DNA from: Lama guanicoe
Lineage: Eukaryota
DNA: 64,000 nucleotides
Assembly: GCA_013239625.1 (NCBI GenBank)
Contig: MU057069.1
Span: 1,732,018 to 1,796,017, forward strand
Reading direction: 5' to 3'
In this document: in pieces, positions 24,969-37,966 of the stretch
Layout of the letters: every line of letters starts with the position of its first letter
Numbering within the stretch: position 1 is the first letter of the stretch
Position numbers and translations under genes: made by a program
Notes under the pieces: model-generated
Database searches by the model: none
The model's input: the letters and a program-made list of their open reading frames with translations, nothing else
What the model was told of the DNA's origin: nothing

Positions 24969-27900
24969 ATTTTCAGGGAATAGGCTGTGTTCTCAGCTGC
25001 TAGCAGCCCCTCTGCCTGTGGCCCCACTGTCTCTGCAGGGAGAGCTGTCTTGGCATCGGCAGGGCTAGGGTTCGAACAGTGAGCTGGTAAAGTGTCCTTC
25101 GCCGCTGGGATGGAGTCAGCTCGCCGAGGGCCGAGGCCGCGTGGAGGGCAAGGAGGGAGGCTCCTCTGCCGCAGCCTGGCGAGACCCCCTGGACTGGGCT
25201 TGCTCTGCCAGCCCTTTTTGGGGCCCTGACACTAGGGATGCGGCAGAGTTTCCGCACCGTTCCTGCTGGGGGCCGCGTGGGCGGAGGAGACGCGTCTCTG
25301 GTCTGGCGTCTGCAGCGGTAGCTTGTATCGGACAATGTGGCTGGAGCGGCGGGAGGGCAATCTCTTGGGTCTGCCCCACCCCGTCCTGCACGTCCACGAG
25401 GGCGGCGGCATCAGTGGCGACGCCCAGTCTTCCCCGCCCTCCTGAGCAGCAGGCCACGTGCTTTCACTTGTCCCAGAATCTCACGCCCAGAGAGGCTCCA
25501 CGGCTCAGGGGTGCATCCTGGGGAGCATTTCTGTATCTGGTGGCTGCTCCCCAGCCTCCAGGGGTCAGGATTACCCAGGGGGAGACTGGAGACTTGGATG
25601 TGCTGGGGGCGGCGTGGGCTCCCAGGAGTCTGCTCGCCCGTCAGCACCAGTGGGCCGCCTGGACCCTCTTCAGCAGGGGTAGCGGGACAGGGGAGGGAGC
25701 AGGGGTGAGTGCAGGCGGGGGAAGCCCGCAGCCTGCAGGGCCCCATCCCCAGGCACACTGGCAGGTGCAGGTGGGCGAGCCCTGCAGGCCCCGCCCCCTC
25801 TCAGTCCCTGTCTGTAGACAGGCTGGTTTCTGTCTCTCCCCCAGGACCTCGGGGCGGCGCCTCCTTTTTCCTGAGCTCCGCCCCCCACAGCTCACACCCC
25901 GGGGGATGCCCTCGTCCCCTCTTGGCAGAAACTGCAGGAATCTCAGGCTCAGCAGCACTGGGAGTGCAGTGACCTTCCCTGGGCGTCCGAGGCAGGGAGC
26001 CAGGAGGCGGGCCAGCTGCGGGGACTGTCACGGCAAGAAAGCGAGAGGGCAGGACTCCCTCAGCCGCGCCCCAACCCCGGCTGCTGGGTGGTGGGCAGAG
26101 GGCCTGCAGAGCCCGGAGCCCTGTTCTCCGCCGCAGGTCTGAGTGTGGCCTGCACGGAGGGAGGCAGCTCTGGGTTTTGAGCACTTGGTCCCGGGGGCGT
26201 GGGGAGGACCTCACGGCTTCTCTGATCCCCGCCCTCCAGGCGCCTCACACCTGACTGGAAACTGCACCAACTGCGCCGGTGGCTGGAAGTGGCGGCCAGG
26301 GGCTGGGACCCCCGGGCCCAGGCTAGAGGCAGGCGTCCCCCAGCCAGCACGCCCGGAGCAGCGTGTCCAGGAGACACTGTCCCCAGGTGCGGATTTGACA
26401 CCTTCCCGGGAGCCTGGAAAGTCAGGTGTGAGATCCAGTGGCCTAATTTTAGACCTCGGGTCTTCGTGTCAGAACAGGAGGATAATAAAAAGGAAGGAAC
26501 AAACGAGGCTGGCCCGGCTGGGGCCGTGGTGAAGCACGAGCCCGGGAGGAGGGACACCACGGGGCCAAACTCAGAGGAGCCTCAGGGAGGGACCGGGTGG
26601 GGGTGCCGAGGCGCCATTGGAGGCAGGTAGCTGGGCTTATGAGGCGGGTTTGTCAGCGCCTTCTGGAAGGAGTCCGCTTCGCATCAGCAAACCTGCCAGG
26701 TCTCAGCTTTAAAGTCGCGCTGGTTCCCCCACCCCCTCAGTCGTGCACGGGCTCAGGGCTGGATGGCAGGCCTTGTGCTGGTCCATTTTTTATGAGCCCT
26801 GATCAGGTGTCATGGCCCCTGCTTGCATCCGCCTCCCGACCCAACACTCGTCTGCTGTTTCGGGCTTGTTAGAGTCGTGTGTCAAGTGAGAGCAGGAGTC
26901 ACCGTCCCCGTGCCTGCCCTCGGCCTGGGTGGGCAAGGGCCCTGCCCCGGTGGTGGGCACCTATGAAGGGCTGCATGCCCTCTCTCCTGGGACGGCCTTG
27001 AGGGTGCGCGGTCAGTTCTGGCTTCCCCCGGGGTCCCTGCCTCCCCCGGGGAGCCGTCCGCATGCCCCCCGCCCCCACCGAGGACAGGGCGCTTGTTTTC
27101 AGTCTCTGAAGTTATGACGTTGAAAGTTTCAGTGTCGGCAGCGCACGTGCACAATACAGATTCACATGGTGCAAAGGCCTGTGGTGAGAGGGCCTCTCTG
27201 GGGACTGCCCCCGGGCCCCGGGGTGGGCTCTGCCCGAGGCCCCTGCGTGCACAGGGGTGCCCTCTGCTGTGCAGACGGCAGCCCCTGCACATCAGCATCT
27301 TTTTCTTCGTAGAAGCAGAGGCTGCGGGTCTGGGAGCAGCAGTGGAAACTGGCATTTGCTGGGGTTTCCAGAGCTCTGGGCCCTCCGAGCGGCTCTTCCT
27401 GGGCCTGGGGGACGGCTCACTTTGCATCCTGAGGCCTCCTTGCTCTCAGCCCCGCGTGTGGGTGTCCCGTGTTTACTCGCCGGGCTCCGCCTGTGGAGGT
27501 GCCCCTTTTCCAGACTTTGCCCCGTAAGCAGCCCTAGAGCAATGCCTTGCCCTGCTCACCTGCACACGCGGCATGGCCAGGACCTGCCCGGACAGGACAG
27601 GTGTGGCTGTGACTGATGGAGGCGGGCGGGGGGAGCAGCGTGTCCAGGAGACACTGGCCCCGAGTCTGAGCAACCGGTGTGGCTTGTGGGTGTGACCTTG
27701 ACCCCCGAGTGCCCCGGGAGCCCCCCAGGCCTGCCTCCTCAGTGCATTGCTGGGTCCTGGGGGCTCCTGCCTCCGCCTGGGCTGAGCGCCTAGGGAGGGG
27801 GCGCGGGGTCGTCCCCGGGGGGCTGGCGCTGTGGACAGGGACTGTCCTGTGCTGTCCCATCTGTCCTTGTCCAGGGGGACAGAGCCGTAAACAGCCCCTC

Positions 27901-29990
27901 CTCAGAGGTCAAAGGGATGTTTGGGGTGGCAGTGATCAGCACAGAACACGGTGTTTTGACCCAGGCTGTACCCAGCGGGGAGAGAGCGTCCTTGTGCCTG
28001 GCGCTGCCCCTGTCACAGGGCTCTGCGAAGGGGATCGGGTTTCCTGGGGGGGCTGCCCGCTGCGTCTGCAGTGCCTCGGGAGGGCGCGCGGGCCCCGGTG
28101 GCCCTGGCTGTGTGGCCGTGCCCAGGACGTGCCTGCCCCACCCCCCGGGGCTCGAACTCGGCAGCAGAGTGCTGCCCCAGCCCAGGGAAGGGGCTTTCCT
28201 CAGCTGTGGTGGGACGTGTGGACTGTGGGTCTCGGAGGCCCCTGAGCCGGCTGGGGCACTCAGGCCCCCTGCTCTCTCGCGGCTTTGTGAAGTCTACTAG
28301 ATTCCAAAGCAAAAGCTTATTTTAAAAATGCCACAGCTCCTGTCACTGCAGAGCATTGGATCAGCCACTGATCAGGCCAGGGAGACTCCGGACGAGTGTC
28401 GCTGATCTGTGCACGTGTGTGGCCCGTGCACGTCTGGGTCCCACTGCCCGATGGGCCTCCCTCCCGCCAGCCAGACAGCTCATGGACTCCAGGTCACATT
28501 TGTCCTCTGATCGTGGGGTCCCTGGGTCTGGAGGCTGCGGGCAAGATGACCCTCAGTCCTTCTCAACCCCTCCCGGATCCTCTGCCCACGGGGCGCCCCC
28601 TCCTTGAGGCTCCTGGCCTCATTCCTGCAGCCCCCCAGGCGTGGGCAGCCCCTGGTCTGGTCTGCGGACGGCGGGTCCTGTGAGGTGGGGAGCCCCTGGC
28701 CGACATGGGCTGAACCACTGGGCTCCTGGGTTCCACCCCCGTGCTGCGGGTTCTGCTCTGACTGGTCTCTGGAGTTTCAGATTTCCTTCTTTCTCTGCCT
28801 CCTTTGTTCCTCCTGCTCCACCCTTACGTCCTGTTTCCCTTGTCACGGGACGGCAGTGTCCCTCCTCGGTTCCTCTACCTACCACGTCTGAGGGACGGAG
28901 CCGAACCCTGAGTCCGCTCCGTTCCCAGCCTTCTGAAGCTGGAGGCTGGCCCGCTCGGCGCCCTGCAGGCCAGGGGGCACCTGGGCGGGACAGGGAGCTC
29001 TCCCGTGGGTGCGAGGCCCAGTGGGCTGGCAGGCTCCCCCTACTGCTCCAGCCCCGCAGACAGCACCGCCTCTTGTACTCTGCCCGCGCTCCTAGCTGGC
29101 TTTGCAGACGGCAGAAGCCTCCGGGCTGCTTAAATCCTGCCATGCCCCCCACCTCTGGCCTAGCCGCGTGGACACGGCCCCAGCTGCGCCTGGGCCGCCA
29201 CACACACAGGAGCCCTCGTAAGCGTGGGCACCTAGGGGATCGGGATTCAGCCTGGTCTGAGTGCAGGACGCCTGCCTGGGGTTTAGGGAGGAGTGAGGCC
29301 CCTCCCCGGCATCCCCAGGCCACTTGAGGAGGGACAGCTTTGCCAGAATAGGCTTCAGGGCTCCGAGGAAGCCAGCGGAGAGCAAGGCAGTGACACGTGG
29401 CCCAGGGGCTCGGAGCACGTGGGGCCGAGACCACAAAGGACCCGAGGCTCCGGCAGGAAGGCGCAGCTCCCAGGCAGTGGGGATTTTTTTTTATTGGCAA
29501 ATGTTAAGTGCGTGGAGCAGTGAGGAGAAGGGCCCTGCCGTCACCCAGGCCCCGGGACATCTGGCACAGCCCCTTTCCCCGCAGCCCTGCCTTGCCTCCA
29601 GAGCGGAGGACACTTTTTGCCTCAGCACAACCTCATTATCAGGAGAGAACATTGTGAGCAAAGTTGGGGAGCAGGCAGGAGCGGGCTGTTCCGTTTTCTG
29701 GAATGGAACGAGCGGATGAGTCGCTGGATGTGCCCACCCCCGGGAACGGGAGGGGACAGTCCAGGCCCTGTGGTCAGAGGCCTGGAGGAGGCGGTGAGGC
29801 CCGGATCGGGCACACTGGATGCGGGGGCTCCTGGGGCCTTGGCCCCCGGAGGTGGGGCTGCCAGGGGAGGGTCTTTAGCCGCTGCAGGGGGCAGGAGCGG
29901 TGCGGGAAGAGCTGTGGAGGCCGGGTGGGTGCGGGGACCAGGGACGGTGGCACAAAACAAGGGGGCCCTGCAGGCGCTGCGCTGTGCCCG

Positions 29991-30042
29991 TGCCGGGGGT
30001 GCCGGTGGTGCTGGGGGTGCTGGGGGTGCCGGTGGCGCCGGG
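29991..30042. repeat. 9-bp tandem repeat (TGCYGGKGG)n
   Basis: tgccgggggtgccggtggtgctgggggtgctgggggtgccggtggcgccggg. Confidence 0.8.
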
Positions 30043-31109
30043 CGTCTTCGGTGCATCCCCCGCCCACTGGCAGCACCAGGGGAGGCGCAGCTGCTCACAG
30101 ACACGTCCAGGTTTCCTTTCTGAGGCTGAAGTCCAGGTAAATATTGACCCAGAGAAGGCAGACCAGGTTTTGTGCTGTATTTGGTTAATGGTTGAAGAGC
30201 CTCTCAGGCTGTTTCCTCCGAGGCTTGATTTATTTAAAATTGAGAAAAGACCCTAAAAAGCTGTGCGTGATTCAGACGTGGCGAGCGGAGCAGGAAAGCC
30301 GCACGTGTAGGTGGGTCCGCGAGCAGGTCCTCCGTGGAGAAGCACTTCTCCCTCCCCTTTCGTGTATTAAGTAAAACTTAAAAACAGGTGTTCGGTGAGC
30401 GAGGCCTGGTCACTGGGATGCACGGGGATGCACAGGGCACCTCCGCCCCGGCCTGGGGCTCCCTGGCCACCTGGCCACCCTCTTCTGATCAGAAGCCTCC
30501 TGGCGTATCGAGGGGGTGACAGGCGGGGTCCCACCGCTGAGCTGTCCCCTCCTGAGGGATTTACCAGTGGAGAGCACCCTGGCCCTGCAGCCAGGCTCCC
30601 AGCAAGGGGACCAGGTCCCACCCAAGTCGCAGCTGTGTGAGCGGTCGGGCAGTGGGAAGACCCTCACCAGCCCCCCGGCTCTGCGGGGGTGAGACCTGGA
30701 CCTGAACTCGCCAGCTGTCTCCCCGCCTGCCCGTCGGGGTGGTGGGCTCGTGGGGGCAGGGCCTCTGGGTCCCTGGCTCCCCTAGCTTATCTTTCCTCCC
30801 AGTTCCCCCGAAGGCACGTATCAGCGAAGGAGAGGTGGCCACGCAGCGGGGCGGGACGCGCGGCAGACACGCTGTACCAACAGCGACCCCGTTGGGCACC
30901 AGCGCAGGGCGGGCGGCTGCGTCCTGCCCTGGTGGTCGCCCTGTGCAGGGGGCGCCTGGGGACCTGCAGGGGTGTGATCAGCCATCTTGGGGTGTCCGCA
31001 AAGGGTGGGGAGAGGCTGGGGACCCAGGGACAGGAGGGGTCTCGTGGAGCCGCCACGTGGCCTAGGTGCTCCCCTGAGTGACCCCTAGGCGCGCCCCCTG
31101 CTGCCGTCT

Positions 31110-32090
31110 TGTTCTGTTGTGTTAAAATATACTTAGCATAAAGTTGGCCGTCTCAGGTTTTTAAATGTGCGTTGCAGTGGTATCGATACGTTCCTCTCGG
31201 TGGATCGTCAGTGTCTGCTCCAAACTGTGTTCATCCCGTAGAAGTGAAAACCTGCCCCCCCTGAGCACTCACGCCGGTTCCCTCCCCGAGCCCAGCCCCC
31301 AGCTTCTTGTCTCCGTGGGTTTTGCGGCTCCAGGGCCTCATGTCGGTGGAATCGTGCAGTGCTTTTGTGACTGCTCACCTCACACAGCATGATGTTTTTA
31401 AGATTCACCTGTGTTGGGGAGGCTGTAGCGCAGGGGTAGAGCACATGCTTAGCGTGCACAAGGCCCTGGGTTCAGTCCTCAGCTCCTCCGTTACAAACAG
31501 ACCTAATTGCCTCCCCCCACCTAAAAAAATGTGAAGATTCACGCGTGTTGCAGCATCTTCAGGAGCTCCCTGCTTTTAAAGGCTGAGCGGTGCTGCAGTG
31601 TGTGTGGCCCACGCTTCGTGTATCCGTTTTACCCCTTTGGACCCTTGGGCCGCTTCCACGGTCTGGCTGCTGTGAACAGCGCTGCCGTGGACGTGGGTGT
31701 GCAGAGTTCTCTTTGAGACCCTGCTTTTCGTTCTCCTGGGAGCATGCCCGCATTGTTGGTCGTATGGCGGTTCTATTTTCTGACTTTCGGAGGAGCCTCC
31801 ATCCCGTTTTCCACAGCGGCTGCACCATCTTATGTTCCCACCAGCGGGGCACGAGGGTTCCAGTTTCTCCACACCCTCGCCAGCCCTCGGCATCCTCTGT
31901 GTTTTGGCTGCAGCCATCCTGATGGGTGCGAGGGGGCAGCTCACCTGGGGTTTGGTTTTACTTCCCTGACGAGCAGTGATGTTGAACATCTTTCCATGTG
32001 CTTTTGGCCGTTTGCATGTCGTCTTTGGAGAAATGTCTGTTCGAGTTCTTTGCCCATTTTTGAATCACGTTGTTAATTTGTCTGTTGTTG
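31110..32090 (-). mobile_element. Old L1M 3' region (antisense), interrupted by a SINE
   Basis: ttttccacagcggctgcaccatctta...ttcccaccagc...gatgttgaacatctttccatgtg...tctttggagaaatgtctgttc. Confidence 0.75.
31416..31533 (+). mobile_element. tRNA-Ala-derived SINE inserted into an L1, 16-bp TSD
   Basis: AAGATTCACCTGTGTT (31400-31415) and AAGATTCACGCGTGTT (31534-31549) flank the SINE core and tail. Confidence 0.85.
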
Positions 32091-34164
32091 CTCTTCTCAG
32101 GGGTGACATTCGGGACACAAAGAACTTGGTTTGGGATTCAGACAGACTCAGGAGCAGTAGCCACACAGTGTCCCCGTCCAGCCCTGAGTCACTCTGTGTC
32201 CCCCCTGCAGAGGGGACGGCTGAGGGCAGACTCCCCACGGGCTTGGGGTGTGGTCCTCCCTGTCAGGTGCAGAGACTGTCAGCAGCGCCAGTGCTCTGCC
32301 GGGCCAGGCACCTCCCGCGGTGCCGGAGCTGTGCCGTGAGCTCAGCTGGCAGAGGGCCCCCAGGTGTGTGGCGAGGCCCGACCCAGACCCACGGGGGCGC
32401 CTTTCGGGGCCCTCCTTACTCCCGCCCCCCCGCTGGAGCAGGGGCCCCACTGCAGGGCGAGTTCTTGGTAGGGGTGACAGTGTCCCCAGACCCCCTGCCT
32501 GGTGGACGCTGGGGCCAGAGGCGCCAGCTCTCCCCTGGGAGGATGGAGGAGGCCTTTGGACTTGGCTTAAGCGGCTGGTGAAGCCGTCGGAGCCCGTGTG
32601 AGGGGACAGGGTGGGTCTTGGGCGCTTAGCCTCCTGTGAGGCCCCATGCTCCAGCCAGCGGGCCCGTTGCAGGGTTCTCAGGCCCCTTGTGGGTGTCCTC
32701 ACAGGCGAAGAGAGGTCGGGGAGGTGTGGAGGGACCAGCGTGCCCCCGCAGGTGGGGGCTCAGTGTGAAGCTGGTGTCCGAGGGGCCCGGGATGTCGCAG
32801 GCCACTGCCGTCCAGGCCCCGCCAGCTGCGTGCCTTGGGTGTCGGTGCAGGCAGAGGAGGGCAGCGTGTGTGGGAGCGGGGGGCGCTCACTCCTGGGGGC
32901 TTCGAGTGGCGGCAGTGCCCGACACGCAGGGTCCGTTCATCGAACGCCCTCCTTTTATGGACTGTGCTTTCCGTGGTGTAACTAGGGATCGTTGCGCAAG
33001 TCAGGGTCCTAAAGCTTTTCTGATGTGTTTTCCTCTGGCCCTTTTATAGCTTCAGGCTTCGTGTGTGGATGCACAATCCATTTTGCACTCACTTTTGTGC
33101 GTGGTCTGGGCTACAGGTCGGTTGCTTTTTGTGCGCGACGCCCGGTGTGGTCAGCCTTCCTCCCCTGGCTTCCTCTGCGCTGGTCACACGTCCGTGGACC
33201 TTGCAGCTGTGGGTTTCTTTCTGGACTCCCCGTGTGGCTCCAGTGATCTGTCTGTCTGTCTCGGCAGCCCAGTCTTGATCACGTTGCTTTATTACACAGC
33301 TCAGAGTCTGCCACCTTAGCCCAGCTTTGTTCTTCTTTTTCGTTTGTTTGGGCTATTCAAGTCCTTTGCATTGCCGTGTGAAGTGTAGGACCAGGTTGTC
33401 GGTTTGCAACGGAAAGCCTGCTGGGACTGTGATTGGGTTTGCGTTGAATCCGTAGACCCGTCGGGGAGAGCTGACGTCGTAGTGATTCTGAGTTTCCAGA
33501 CCCACAGACGCTGGGTCTCCATTTATTCTAAGTTCTCAGCAAAGCGTCCGTTTTCGGGTGCCAGCCCCCCACGTCCCTGTCGCCTCCCTCGGCGTCTCTG
33601 CGAAGCTCAGGCCGGGCTACGTTCGCCTGGCCTGCCTTCTGCCCGGCCTGAGGGGCTCGGCCCTCGGGGCGCCGCCGCTGCAGGTTCCTCAGACGCTCCT
33701 GGTCAGGACGGGGGCCTTTCCCGTGAGTCCTCACGTGCCGAGGTTTTGTTGGGAGCCTGTGCTGGGTTTTGTCAGATGTTTCTTGTGTCTGTTACAAGGT
33801 GGTCATCATGTTTTCCTTGGTTTGTTTACAGGGTGAATGGCATGGATTCGTTTTCAGGCGTTAAGCCAGCATTTCCTTCGTCCTTGTAGGCTGTTGTCGG
33901 ATCCCACTTGCTGATTTGCTAACATTTTGTATAGAATTCTTGCCTTTTGTTCAGAAGGGATGTTTTTCTCTAGTTTTCTTGTAATGGTTTTGATTCTGGT
34001 ATCAGGTAATGCTGACCTCACTGGGGAGTGTTCCTTTCCAGTTTTTGGGAAGCATTTGGACATAATTGGTATTGAAATATTTGGTAGCGTTCACCAGTGA
34101 AGCCATCTGGATTTGGAACTTCCTTTGTGTGAAGGTTTTTGACTCTACCTTAAAATACGTTAAT

Positions 34165-34252
34165 GAGGGCGCGGTTAACAGCTCAGTGGCAGAGCATGTG
34201 CTTAGCAGGCACGAGGTCCTGGGTTCAATCCCCAGCACCTCCACCGAAAAAA
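34165..34252 (+). mobile_element. tRNA-Ala-derived SINE
   Basis: CAGCTCAGTGGCAGAGCATGTGCTTAGCAGGCACGAGGTCCTGGGTTCAATCCCCAGCACCTCC. Confidence 0.85.
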
Positions 34253-34421
34253 CACATGTATGTTGATGGATATAGTGCTGGTCAGGGTCCCCACTTCTCT
34301 GGAGAGTTTATGTAATTTCTGCACTTTTCTAAGCTATCAGAACCATCGATATAAAGTTATTATGCATATTCCCTTTTTGCTCTTTTATTATTTTTGAGAA
34401 TTTTTGACCTCTTTTTCTTTT

Positions 34422-34540
34422 GGGGGAAGTCAGGGAGGTAATTAGATTTACTTGTTTGTTTATTTAGTGGAGGGCCTGGGACTGAACCCAGGACCTCGTG
34501 CCTGCTGAGCACGTGCCCCGCCCTGAGCCACACGCCCGCT
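34422..34540 (-). mobile_element. tRNA-Ala-derived SINE
   Basis: Plus strand reads gggaggtaattagattta...ctgaacccaggacctcgtgcctgctgagcacgtg. Confidence 0.8.
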
Positions 34541-36917
34541 CTCTGCCCTTTCAGCGTCCGCAGGCTCTGTAGTGATGCCATCCTGATGCTGTGAGTTTGT
34601 GTCTTTTTCTGTCCATCCGTCTGGGTGGAGGGGCTTCGCTCCTCTTCTCGGGGAGCCAGCCCTTGGGTTCACTGATTTCTCTCTGTAGCTTTTCTGTTTT
34701 CTGTCACTGATTTCCACTCCAAGCTTCCTTCTACCCACCTGGCTTTTGTTTTCTTTTCTTTGTCTAGTTGTTGTGGGAGCAGAGACCAGTGACTGGACCC
34801 CTTCCCTCCTTCTCTCCTGGGGGCGCTCAGCGCTGTGAACGCCCCCCAGCGCTGTCCACCCAGCATCCCGCAGACACCAGTGTGTCGTGCCTTCGTTTTA
34901 TTCAGTTCAAAAACCCTTCTGGTTTCCTTTCTGATTTCTTCTTTTTCCCATGAATTTTTTTTTTGGGGAAATGTGTTACTTAGTTTTCAGAAGATTGGGG
35001 ATTTCCTTAGAGACCTTTCTGTTACTAATTTCTGATTAATTCCACTGCGCTGAAAGCACACCACCCTTTGTGTGATGTGAGGCTCTTTTGAGTTTACTGT
35101 GATTTGTTTTATTTCCTGGAATACGGTCTATCTTGGTAAATGCCCCCTGTGCACTTGAAACGAATTTGTTTCCTGTGAAGTCTTTCATGAACAGACCAAG
35201 CTGGCTGGGGGTCAGGCTCGTATCTGGTTCTGTCAACATCGAGAGGGCTGTGGAAGCCGCTCTTCTGTGTTGCGGGTTTATCACTTACTTTGGGCCCTGC
35301 AAGCTCAGGGATCGGTGCAAGGGTGCCTGATGTGTCTTCTCCGTTAATTGTGGAACAGCCTTCATGTCAGTAACAGTGTTTGCTCTGAGGTCTGCTTTGT
35401 CTGAACCAGCGCCCCGCTCCAGCCTCCTCTTGGCCCGTGCCAGCAGGGCGTCTCTCGGGCCGGCGGGCACTCTTGCCTGGTTTGTATCTTCATAAAGAAA
35501 GTGTGTTGTAGCCAGCTTGCAGTCGGAGCTTGCTTTTTTATCCAGTCTGACGATCTCTGCCTTTTAATTGGGGCGTTTGGGTCGTCAGCATGTAGCGTTA
35601 GTGTTGACGTGGGCAGGTTTAAATCAGCATTCTCCATTCCTTCATGTCCAGCGTCTGGAAGGCCCTTGTACGTTTGTCTGTGCTTTGGCTGTTTCAGATG
35701 AGAGGCTGAACTCCATCGTGGCTGGAAACAGAAAGGATGGCAGCAGTGACTTAGTGCCATTCAGCTCTCCCTTTCCCTGTCTCCAAAGTGTCTGTCACAG
35801 GTGGGGTGTTTCAAGCAGGTGCCAAGCAAGGTCTGCATGCTGCCGCGGTCACACGATTCCAAGCCCCTGCACCAGAGCAGTGTCCCCCCCTCCCCACGCC
35901 GTGTGTGTTCAAGAGGCTGAGCCATTTGTCCGGTAGAAGTTCCTGGGTTTGGGTGAGCGTATCTCTGTGGCACTTTTTAACGCGCTCCTGTGTGTTTTCG
36001 GAGCCAGGCAGGCAGGGGCAGGGGGCCCGTTGTAAATGCTGAGCGTGCGAACCTGCCCGTACCTGCCTGCTTGCCCCGCTCCTGGTTTCCTGCCGTCGCG
36101 CCTCACGCTTCTGGTCCCAGAGCGTCGGGAAGGGCCTCTGAGCGACACGGAGATGGGCTGGGGCCCCCGCCCTGTCCCGGACCCAGTTACTGGCGGCCGC
36201 CTGCCCTCCCTTCACTGGGAGCTGCAGCGCGATGCTCCCCTGCGCCCTCCCTCCTGCCCCTGTTAGCTGTGGGCCTTCTGTGGAGAAAGCCTTTCCTCAG
36301 CAGTGGTCCGGGTGCTCTGCAGTCCAGTCCAGGGAGCAGCTGCAGGGTGAAGGCTTCCTGCCACTGCTGAGGCCGCCGTGGAGGTAACAGTTGTCCTGGA
36401 GAGGCGTGACCGAGCCCCGGGGGCCCTCCGCACGTTATGCCGTGTTCACATTCAGGGCCCAGATGGGTAACGAGCTCATGAAATTGCCGACTGCTCCCCC
36501 CGCGTCCCTGGCTGGGTCTTGGCCCCCCACCCCCACCCCGGCTTCCTGCCCCAGAGCACAGCTTGATCATCCCCTGGTGCCCAGCCAGCCCTGCAGTGGG
36601 GGCCCCACGGTGGGGACCCGGTGGCCCATGTGTGGGAAGCGGGCAGGCAGACAGCAGAGGCGGGAGGGGCGCTGGTTGGACCGGCTCCTCACTGAGCCCC
36701 GCTGGTAGCTGTTGAGATTCTAGGTGTGTTTAGTTTGGAAAATTAAATACAGCTTCTGTGGCTGAAAATTAAGTGTGAAAGTCTGTGCCTCGGGGAGTGC
36801 CAGGGAGTTGGGGTGAGGGTGTGGGTGGTCCCTGTGGCCTTGCCCAGTGGGGGGGGCACTGGACCTGTGCCCCCGTGTCCTCAGGCTGCCCTTCCACCCC
36901 CCCCCGCCGTCTCCTCT

Positions 36918-37735
36918 GTAGTGTGTAGTGTGTGATGTTGTGCGTCTGGGATGCGTGTGATGTGTGTGTGTGATGTTGTGCGTCTGGGATGCGTCTGATG
37001 TGCATCTGTGATGCGTGTGATGTGTGTGTGTGATGTGCGTCTGGGATGCGTCTGATGTGCGTCTGGGATGCGTGTGATGTGTGTGTGTGATGTGCGTCTG
37101 GGATGCGTGTGATGTGTGTGTGTGATGTGCGTCTGGNNNNNNNNNNNNNNNNNNNNNNNNNNNNNNNNNNNNNNNNNNNNNNNNNNNNNNNNNNNNNNNN
37201 NNNNNNNNNNNNNNNNNNNNNNNNNNNNNNNNNNNNNNNNNNNNNNNNNNNNNNNNNNNNNNNNNNNNNNNNNNNNNNNNNNNNNNNNNNNNNNNNNNNN
37301 NNNNNNNNNNNNNNNNNNNNNNNNNNNNNNNNNNNNNNNNNNNNNNNNNNNNNNNNNNNNNNNNNNNNNNNNNNNNNNNNNNNNNNNNNNNNNNNNNNNN
37401 NNNNNNNNNNNNTGTGTGTGTGTGATGTGCGTCTGGGATGCATCTGATGTGCATCTGGGATGTGTGTGTGGTGTGTGTGTGATGTGCGTCTGGGATGCGT
37501 GTGATGTGTGTGTGTGATGTGCGTCTGGGATGCGTCTGATGTGCGTCTGGGATGCGTGTGATGTGTGTGTGATGTGTGTGTGATGTGCGTCTGTGATGCG
37601 TCTGATGCGTGTCTGGGATGCGTGTGATGTGATGCGTGTGATGTGTGTGTGTGATGTTGTGCGTCTGGGACGCGTCTGATGTGCGTCTGGGATGCGTGTG
37701 ATGTGTGTGTGTGATGTTGTGCGTCTGGGACGTGA
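36918..37735. repeat. TG-rich compound minisatellite (units such as GATGTGCGTCTGGGATGCGTGTGATGTGTGTGTGT) containing an assembly gap
   Basis: Tandem ~20-35 bp units on both sides of the N run at 37137-37412. Confidence 0.95.
37137..37412. other. Assembly gap (276 N) inside the minisatellite
   Basis: Run of N. Confidence 1.
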
Positions 37736-37966
37736 GCGTGTGCTGGGCCCTGGTGGAGGAACCCTCGGCTGCTCAGAGCCGCTCTTGGGCTCGGTGTCTC
37801 CCTGGTTGCCAGGCCCCCGCTGCTTGTTGCTGTGTTGCAGAGGTTGCTTCCAGGGGCCTGTGCCCATCCGCAGAGGCCTCAGGGTGGACGTGCGTGCCAG
37901 GCTCCCCGGCTCGTCCTCTCCTCCCGCACAGGCCTCACGTGGCTCCTCCTCTCTCCGCCCGTGCAG

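Larger units (their letters stand above)
33000..35650 (-). mobile_element. Fragmented L1 ORF2 remnants (antisense), interrupted by two SINEs
   Basis: T-rich L1-like segments such as ttcaccagtgaagccatctgg and ggtctatcttggtaaatg; boundaries approximate. Confidence 0.55.

Noticed and set aside
27693-27701. TGACCTTGA (ERR/LRH-1/SF-1 site)
   Set aside because: A single 9-mer is plausible by chance in 64 kb and has no supporting context.
23294-29500. Long intronic ORFs of 317, 333, 293 and 228 aa
   Set aside because: Low-complexity Pro/Gly/Arg/Ala translations typical of high-GC DNA; no domains or supporting gene signals.
36918-37735. Regular repeat array superficially like a CRISPR
   Set aside because: No unique spacers, no cas genes, and the context is a mammalian intron.
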